Assembly (NCBI GenBank): GCA_000165425.1
Contig: CT868671.1
Location: forward strand, 1 to 64,000
Reading direction: 5' to 3'
DNA: 64,000 bases
Source of the DNA: Paramecium tetraurelia
Lineage: Eukaryota
How positions within the stretch are numbered: position 1 is the stretch's first letter; each line of letters opens with the position of its first letter. The position numbers and the translations under genes are program-made. Below are positions 55,301 to 64,000 of this stretch, one piece after another. The notes below the pieces were generated by a model. That model ran no database searches. It was not told where the DNA came from and saw only the letters and a list, made by a program, of their open reading frames with translations.

Positions 55301-58300
55301 AGTATTAATTTGGTTCCTTATCTAAAAGTAAAAATACATCCAATTCTAATACTAATAACATCATCTAACAAGAATTGTAAAGTAATTCATTAATCAATAA
55401 ACTCTTTTCATCATTTGCCTCTAACATATCATAATCTTTATTGTTATCTCCACTGTCTTTAGTATCAAGAGCCAATACTATTTATTGTTTATTATCTTGT
55501 AAATATTTGAATAGATCTTCAATTAAAGAAGTATACAACCCCATATGTTGAGCTTCATTTGCCTTGTCAATACTTTTAAAAAGATTACAGTATTTAGGCA
55601 ATTAAACTTTATTGAGTGGATCATGATCAATATAAAGACTCATAGCAATTTTACACAAGGCTGCTTAAAGCACTGCATAAGTTCGATTACCATCCTCTTA
55701 CCAAATATTCTGAAACAAAAAGTCTTTACTAAAGTATTATTCTAACTCTTATTTCCATAAGTAATTTCTCCCGTAAGATACATCAGCATAAAATTACAAT
55801 TGCTCATTTATAAAATACATTTCTTTAGGGTCATTCTATAATTTGAATGGGATAACTAATTTGCCATCTTTCAGGGATATCTTATCAGGATCTTCACGAT
55901 CCTTGATTAATTATATCTTTTTATGATTATGCTTCTTTAGCAATTTGTAAATTGCCTCCTAATTTGAATTGATACCTTAGGAATTGTAAATACACATTTC
56001 TCTCAAGAAAGTTAGAAAATCCGCTTTGTGTGCTTGTTCATCTGTTTCTAAAAGATTTAAGAAGAAAATAAGGAAATTATTTTAGATTTTATTATGATGA
56101 AGTTACATTTTTTCTTCTTCTGGCTCAAAAAAATCCTACTCCTTAGGAATATAATCAAGTTTCATATTCAATGATAATTGTTAGAGCAGTTCTGGATTGT
56201 TTCCAATAATTGAAATCATACATTTGATTGCCTCAGGGATATATCTGCAATGTTCTAAGAAATGCCCAATTAAATCAAAGGTATACAACTCATTTTCAGG
56301 GTTTTATTTACAAATCGATGTCAATAATGTATAGATAGTTTGGTTTAATGTGATTTTAAATGCGATATAAGCCAATATTTCATGATCTTTTAAACCTTGT
56401 TTTTTATTTGTTTATTCTGTGTTACTCATTTTCTCTTATTACTATTATATATCTTGCATTTAAATAATCATAAATCTTCTACTCCAAATAACTAGGTCTT
56501 CAGGTTTTAGCTGTTAAACCAATATTTTGACTAATAAGTCAATATAATATTATTCCTTTAATAACTTTTGTCTAAATGGATTGATTGTCCCATATTTCTA
56601 CTCAGGTGTTGAGTTATATAATCTATTATTACAAAAATCATTTATATCTTCTATGCATTACTTGGTTGTTTATATTTTTAATAGATGATCTTTAAGTACT
56701 TCTTTATCTTAAGCATCATTTTCCCATTTTAATTTTTATAAATCATCAAGATAATTTGTTAGAGTTTTAGCACAACTCAAAACAAAAGAAATTTCCCAAA
56801 CGTCATTACTACTATACTGGCATACAATTTAAAAACACTTTAATCAGTTTTATGTTATTCTTAATGAAGAATTGGAATGTATCTTTGATATTTTCCATAT
56901 TGAATATCAACCCAAAAACTATTTTCATCATTCTAATTATTAATAGTACCGGAAGGAATTGGTTTATCATGACATATATAAACATAACTACCTCTCATGA
57001 CTGACTTTTCTCTAACCTGAGAATTCTTTAATTGACTAAAATAAAATAAGGTTGTTGGAACTCTCTATTTATCTAATGTAAATTTGTCTTAAATCCCAGA
57101 TAGATACAATCCTGATGTAAAATGTTTGAATCGGTATTTCTTATCAAATACTACAATGCCTCCTTCCTTATATATTTCTGATTCAATAATCCACATCGAA
57201 ATGTGTATCTCCCTGTGTATTCATCATAACTTTCTTTTGTTGAGCCACTCAATACATTTAATTCCACATTTTCTACTTTTAACCAGTCAACCAAATTAAA
57301 TGATTGAAAGTTCTTCTAATCTACAGGCTTACCCTTTCTTGTTGCTGCAATTGTTGTATTAGTTTCAGAATGATGTAACCAAATTACATCACCACATTTC
57401 AAATATCCAGATGTTTCAGGAACATAATCTGAATAAACTGAAATTCTCCATTAAGTCTAATTTTCTTCATCTAATGCTGCATTTACTTCCCTCTTAATTA
57501 TATCTTTCTCCATCTTGTATTATAACAGGTCTTCATCACTTTTTTTCTATTTCCTGCTCTTTCCATAATTTCCCATTTCTTAAGATGCATGCAGAAATGT
57601 CAATTTATTCATAAAGGATGTTGCTCTTACAATATACACAATATCACTGGCATAAATTACTTACTCACCTTCTTTCTAATATTTGTAAGCTGGCAATATC
57701 TTAAATAAGGATGAATCACTAGGTAATTCATCTAAAGTAATTTTATAATTTGAAGATTCTACTCTAGCCTCCTTTTGATGACAAGCTAAAAACTTTGATG
57801 ATGCCAAATGCAATAGTTAAATATGAGACTTATATGACACCTTATGCGCTTTTGACTATATTATAACAACATAGGTTTTACTTTTTCAAATGTGTCAAGA
57901 TTATATTTGAACTCTTATAATAATTTCTGGGAAAACATTTAGACCTGCTCTTTCGACAGAATAGTCTTTTCATCAACCTTCTAATGTTTCGAGATGCTTT
58001 CTAAAATATTTTGGACTGCTGGTTAAACCTCTTCTTCTTGCTCCTCTCCAATAAGTTCCTTCAAGATTTCTTGCTTTGTGGTGTTTGTAAATTTTGGAAA
58101 TATTTAAAACAGAGTGTGGTAATATGGCCTGCTTTTCATTTTACCTAATTATTTCACATCTACGACATCTATGTGATGCTTGTATAATTATGCTATATTT
58201 GTACAAAGTTCTATAAACAAACAGCACGCTTCACAAAACCATCAGCTGTTATGAAAGAATGATCATCCTATACATGAGATATCGAAATAACTGATCCATA

Positions 58301-58330
58301 AGTCAAATAGTTTAAATCCTCTTAATTCAT
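49331..58330 (-). CDS. Inositol 1,4,5-trisphosphate receptor / ryanodine receptor-type Ca2+ release channel (Paramecium CRC family)
   Basis: N-terminal YLTYGSVISI, MIR/beta-trefoil motifs (QLLHLASSKFL, YRFKHFTSGLYL), RIH regions, LVQGPCPENQ, pore ANGGVGG, GIIIDTFGSLRE, CFICG and HHIKVNHYMWNY. Ends ...AKQPADML-TGA after a final short intron. Confidence 0.96.
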
Positions 58331-59156
58331 GTAATACTTTAATAAAATTATTTCGATTGAAATTAAATGACCTTCATAGTCCTTCTATTCAATTATAAAT
58401 TTAAATAATCTTTTTTATGAAAATTATAAATACTATACTCATTTCATCTGATTGAAACTTCTTACTTTTTCTTTTATTCAATTATCATAATTAATTATTA
58501 TACAATATTATTCATATTGATTTCTAGAAACTACTTTTGATAAGAAGATATTGAAAATAGATTTTTCATAAACTTAATAATCAATACTAATTTTAATATT
58601 TGGAATTTAGGATCATAATAATTTATAAGGCAATTGACAATAAATTTCATTTCATTTAGAGTATATAATCATTGTAGTTGTTGACGTATTTTGCATTAGA
58701 TTGAAATTATTAGATCATATCCATTTATGATTAAATGATTTGATCATATGCTAATTATTCTTAATATATCGCAAATCAATAATAAGAATCAAAATAAAAA
58801 GAATAGAAAACTTTAAAGAAAAACTACTGTTTATCAAAATTAACAATTTCTACTTTGATTGGAGATAACTAGGAACATGAATTTTAAGATTGTTGCTTCA
58901 TCATTAAAGAAAATTAAGAATTTATCTATATAATAGTAATATTTGATAGTAGTAATCTTTTTTTGATTTATTATACTATTAATAGAACCATCAAATGATA
59001 ATCTGAAATATCACTCTGTGGGAGATTGAAATTGTGAGAAGATTATGATTTAATGTAATTTGGAGGAGGAATATTTAAGAAAATGAATTTTGAGTATAAA
59101 ATGAAGGATTATAAACCAAATTATGAAACCCGTTTTTTAGATAATTAAATTAAATT

Positions 59157-60292
59157 ATGAGAGCAATCATCGCAATTTGCTTATTGTCAGCTGTATTTGC
59201 TATAGACACAAATAAATTTGCTGTGCTTCTTCAAGCTGGTACCAGAGGAAATGATGCTGTTGAATCTGTTTACAATCTCTTAAGAGACCTCAAGACAGAG
59301 AATGTTTAAGTTTAAGCTGCTGCAGACAAAAAGAATAACACAGACGAAGGTAATAAAATAACATTATCTCTTCTTAGAAATCTTTTCTTAAGTCATTAGT
59401 GATTTGACAAATGTTGCCTCCCTCAATAAATAATAATGGGAAGCTCTTGGTGCAGTCAGAGGAGATGTTGAAGCCTAAGTCAGAGTATGATTATTTAATA
59501 AATACTAAAAGGATGGATATTAATGGTTGGCATGGGCTGAATCCAGACTTGCTGAAATTGAAAGAAGAAATGCATAACTCTAAGATTAAAGATGTTGGGC
59601 CAATGGACTCTTTGTTAAATCACTTGCTGATCATGCTGATGCCATCGGTGTAGTCACCCTCTTGACTCAAGATGTTGCTGGTTTCCTTACAAATAATGCT
59701 GGAGTCGAACTTGTTGAGAAAGCCCAAACAATCGCTGACAAATTGTCTGCATACAGCCACCTTTTCTAATAAGATGCCCTCTAGAAATTCCAATCCCTTG
59801 CCGAAGTTAAGAGAGAAGGAACCACAGGAGAATAAGTCCTTTCAATCTTATAAGATTTACAAGGTGAATTAGAATCAACCCTTGCCACTTTATAAGAATA
59901 AGAAATTCATGCAGCTTTCGCTCTTGCCAAATACGTTTCAGACACAAATGCCGAGGTTGCTTGGTTGAACTCTGAACACGAAAGAAGAACCAATCTTGTT
60001 GAAAAATTGGAAACAGTATCAATTCTATCTTATAAATCAAGTAACTCCCAGCTGTTTTGGCCTAATAAGCTAAAGCTCTTAAATTATGGAAAGATTCTTT
60101 GAATGCAGTTGCTGGTGCCACAGCTGATCTTGAAGAAAAGAGAGAATTCTATGCTGCTGAAACAGTCAGAAGACAAGGTAATAATACAATCAAATATTTC
60201 TAGAGGAAAATGCAATCATCGATGTCGTTATCCAACTTTTCAAAGATTAAGTTAGATCATTGGCTTCATAAACATCCCTAAAAAGACATTGA
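59157..60292 (+). CDS. Trichocyst matrix protein / granule-lattice-like secretory precursor
   Basis: Signal MRAIIAICLLSAVFA, acidic coiled coils (DAVESVYNLLRDLK..., EQVLSILQDLQGEL..., RRQEENAIIDVVIQLF), high-expression codon bias and four short introns. Confidence 0.8.
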
Positions 60293-60417
60293 TGGATTAT
60301 TCATATAAGAATTTACCTTAATCATTCTAAAATTCTATATTCCCTTTATATTTAAATATAACAATTATAATTTGATAATAAAAATTCACTTGATTGATGG
60401 GGTTCGGCTTGATATTT

Positions 60418-62310
60418 TCAACCTTCTGTTTGATTAGCTTCCTCATCACTCTCGAGACATTCATTAAAAGAATATAATAACTAATTATCAGTCTCTTTAA
60501 TACTAGAAGGATTAAAAGGAGAACAAACTTATAGTTTTTTATACAATAAGACAAATTCTGTAATATCTTAAATTTTGGGATTTTGTTTAAAACCGTCCTA
60601 ATTTTATTCTTAATTGAGGATTTAACTTTTTCCTTTTTAATGATTTTAATAAAAATGAACGTATAGATCTTAGCTTTTCTCATCCTCCATGATTTTAAAA
60701 TTTTAATTACCCAATAAAAAGGTCGGACATATGAATTAAGCAAGCTATTATAAATATAGCTAACCTTTTTCCCATACGTCATATAACCCTTTTTTTGTGT
60801 AAAATGTATCAAAATCATCTGGATGGATATTAATATTACATTTCTAACATTTAGGTGGTTATGAAGGATCAAAAGTTATAATATGCATCAACTCATCTTT
60901 CTTTTCAAACTGACATAATGTACTGAATATAAAATAATATGATGTCGGAGTAATAGTGACTTGGTCTAAATTACGATATTCGAACTTTGAATTTTAATAT
61001 TAGTTTATCTATGTGTCATTCTCATTCATATTTCTTAACTATATTATTATTCCTTTATTTATAACCTCATCAGGAGGATGCACATCAAATAAATGTAATT
61101 CATATTCTTTATTAATTTCCAGGCCATTATCAATTTTTTAAATAGTTTAGGTATTTATTAACAGATTCATCGATTTTGTTTGATTTGAGGAGAAGAAAGG
61201 TGAGATTTAATTCTAAACTATAAAAAAGTTACACCTATTAGGATAGATATAAATATCATAGTTATCTGAATCAGATCTTAATTTCAATTTTTAGAGGATC
61301 TCCCAAAATAATAATGTAAGTAATAACTCAGCCTGAAATTCCTCATCTAAGAATTCATTATCAAAAAAATCAACATTTCCAGAATAATTCAGATGTTCGA
61401 ATAAATTCTTCTAGTTAGTGAACTACGGATTAAAAATAATTCTTTAATTTAGGGATGCTATTATTGGATGATCTATCTTCATTTTTGTGACAGAGTCATA
61501 TTTTATATCAAGTTTAAATGCAGAGGGAAATTGAATTTTTTTCTCCATCAACTTAGTTTTAAATTTCTTGCAATTTAAGGCAAATTTTTCCAATGTCAAA
61601 GAGATTAAGGTGTCCAAAGTTACTTATTCTAAAGTAGGATTTAAAGTTATATAAAAGCTGTTGTCCTTTTGTGTGGATTTTTTAAGAAGATTATAAGGAA
61701 TTAAAGGATCGGCAATTATATTAACACATTTTTTTTACATAAAATAAAAAATAAAAAAATAATCTAATATTTAAAATAATACCTAGACATTTTACAATTT
61801 TTTTTTCTTTCTGTCAATTAGAAAGCAAATATGGATCTTTACTTCCAATTTTTTACTTAAATAGAATTTTATTCTATTTCTATTAAATGGAATCGTAAAA
61901 TTTAACTATTTAATTATAATGTTTTATCTAAAAATCTATATTTGAACCTCAATCTCTGATAAGTTGATTAGGGTAAAGTGATTCAATAATTCCAACGGGA
62001 ACATTTAATGACTTAGTATTTTTCAAGTTGTCAAAAGAATCCTCCTCGATAAAACAAATCCCCAAAATCTAGAAGTAGGTATCTTAAAGTTAGGGTTTTA
62101 TGTAATTGTTGTGTAAAAATTGTAAAACATGCCAATAAGAATGAATTTTATTTTGGGTAATCTTGAAATTCTCATCCAGGTTTTAAACCGAAAACTATCG
62201 ATAGAAAGAAAGAATAGAATTTTGGATAATTCCCTTGGATTTAGAGACCCAAGAGTTTCAATAATATTTATCTAAAAATAATTTAATTTCCAAATGAATG
62301 ACTTTAGTAC
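60418..62310 (-). CDS. Hypothetical protein
   Basis: Long code-6 open stretches (e.g. ~60418-61030 ending ...EEANQTEG-TGA). Start and exon structure are uncertain. Confidence 0.4.
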
Positions 62311-62516
62311 ATTAGCAAAATATTTAAATTTAAATAGCTATGACAGTAATATACTTAATTCATGTCATATTAAACAAGGAAAATTATTTAATAGAAAGAG
62401 AACAGAGGTATATTAAAAGGAATGATAAAATGTTGTTAAACATATTCAAGTTAGCATTATTTAGCACATATTATACTATGAAATCTGTATTAATTTATAA
62501 GAAATATTCTTATATT

Positions 62517-63149
62517 TCAATCAAAAGGAGAGTAATCATACTCAGCCTTGTTATGCATAACTAACTGTTCACCTACAAAATAAAAACTGTCTGATTTAGT
62601 TTGAAATGGATTGTCGATCATTTCTTATCTCTAATTAAGGGAATGATTAATTTATATACCATTGCTTCATCAATCTCTGGGATGGTGTAAATGTGTTCCC
62701 ATGTATTTGTTGAATTTGGAATGCAAAAAAGGAAATTAAAATTCATAACTTCTCAATAAATGATCTCTAAAATAATGTCTTTCAATAATTGTGAAATTCT
62801 TGACTGGCTGATTCCCGACTGAGAAGGATCAATTGTGCTCCCACTGTTTTCAATTCAAAAAATTATGGACCAAAGTGGTATTTAATTCTTCTAGCCTCAT
62901 CCTAATATTCTGGTGGAAGGTTTTCTTATTATGTTTAATTTATTATTTTACCTATGGGCTCCTCATCTTAATCACGCTCAACCTCAAATAGAGTTTAACC
63001 TGAATCCATATCTCTGATTCTAAATTTAAGAAATTGGATATTGTAAATGTTTGCATTCACAGGACACAAGAAACTATCATTTACATACTCAAATACTCTT
63101 GTGTTATTCCATTTAAACTTCTAACATATTCTGTTGTCACCTACTACAT
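62517..63149 (-). CDS. UNC119: UNC119 (myristoyl-cargo carrier, PDE-delta/UNC119 family); 1-nt frameshift in this sequence
   Basis: [100 protein letters not shown]; extra base at ~62826. Confidence 0.93.
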
Positions 63150-63180
63150 TATTTTTATTTATTAATTTATTATTTATAAA

Positions 63181-64000
63181 TCACAGCTTTGGCATCTCTC
63201 TAAGTTATCTTGTTAATGATCTTAATTTATTTTAGTACTCTTCATTGTTTACCGAACTTAATTTGGCACTTTGCAATAACTTTTCATAGGGCTTGGCATC
63301 TACTAAATCTGATCTTAAAGCATTGTCATTGAATTTAAATGACTATCGATAAATTATTAATCTTACTTCAACAAGTCCAAGTAAATCTGGTTTTAAAAGA
63401 GTGAAGATATGTTCTTTTGCATTTAAGATGATTTCTAATTACTCCCCATTCAAAAATCCTCCTTCGAAATATCCTATTGGCCAATCAATAATTCTTTGTA
63501 AACCATACAAGCAACATAAATTGGATAGGACTGATCTAATGTTCTCATCCTAAACTCTAAAATTAATTAATACTTTTACTTTATTAATGTATCTAAGAAT
63601 GTTTTAAATGTCCAATAATAAGTATGAGCAATGGAAGCTGTCAGTTATTGATACACCTACATGTTTGTTCCATGCTTCTTTGGGTCCATGTTCACCAGCT
63701 AATTATTCATAAATTCATAATGATACCTTTTTCCATCATTTTAAGCATCATTTTATTGACATAAAAGGCTGCATGTAATCTCATTAATTTTCTGATGATT
63801 TCAGGACATAACAATTATTCAGCTCTTGTGAAAGTAGCTTTTTATGATAAAGTTTATTAAATATTATAGAGATATTCAACATTTTCATTTATTGGTTAGT
63901 GTTTTTATGCTTTATTACAAGCTTTTAATAAGTATCTGCCTGTTTATAGTAATAGAACAGTATTTTCTCCTTCATAAGTGCAACTTGGAGCAAATTCTGT
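63181..64000 (-). CDS. Peroxisomal acyl-CoA oxidase, 3' part (5' end beyond the window)
   Basis: PSCTYEGENTVLLLQTGRYLLK, LVEVRF...DNALRSDLVDAKPYEKL and a C-terminal PTS1-like PKL. Confidence 0.93.

Overview
AT-rich ciliate DNA, most likely the Paramecium (aurelia group, probably P. tetraurelia) macronuclear genome. TAA/TAG read as Gln, TGA is the only stop, introns are about 20-30 nt (GT...AG) and intergenic gaps are often under 60 nt, so the supplied standard-code ORF track is largely misleading. The left end holds a very large NLR-like NACHT-pentapeptide-WD40 (NWD) gene on the minus strand. It has an N-terminal ubiquitin-tail-like LRGG|GCGS motif, near-identical 126-nt WD40 repeats with hypervariable surface codons, a 332-nt G-free block inside the repeat array, and one frameshift just before the NACHT domain. 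About 4 kb of decayed gene-like DNA follows. The rest is densely packed genes: CAMK-type kinase, NDUFAF5, two MORN proteins, TPR protein, cathepsin L, CWC22, TM-PX protein, theta GST, Rac/Rho GTPase, two trichocyst matrix proteins plus a TMP pseudogene, PAP2-like protein, P4-ATPase, NAF1, importin-alpha-like protein, PX-pseudokinase-LRR, a 9-kb IP3 receptor-type channel, UNC119 (frameshifted) and the 3' part of an acyl-CoA oxidase. All calls come from manual translation with genetic code 6, and the boundaries of hypothetical genes are approximate.
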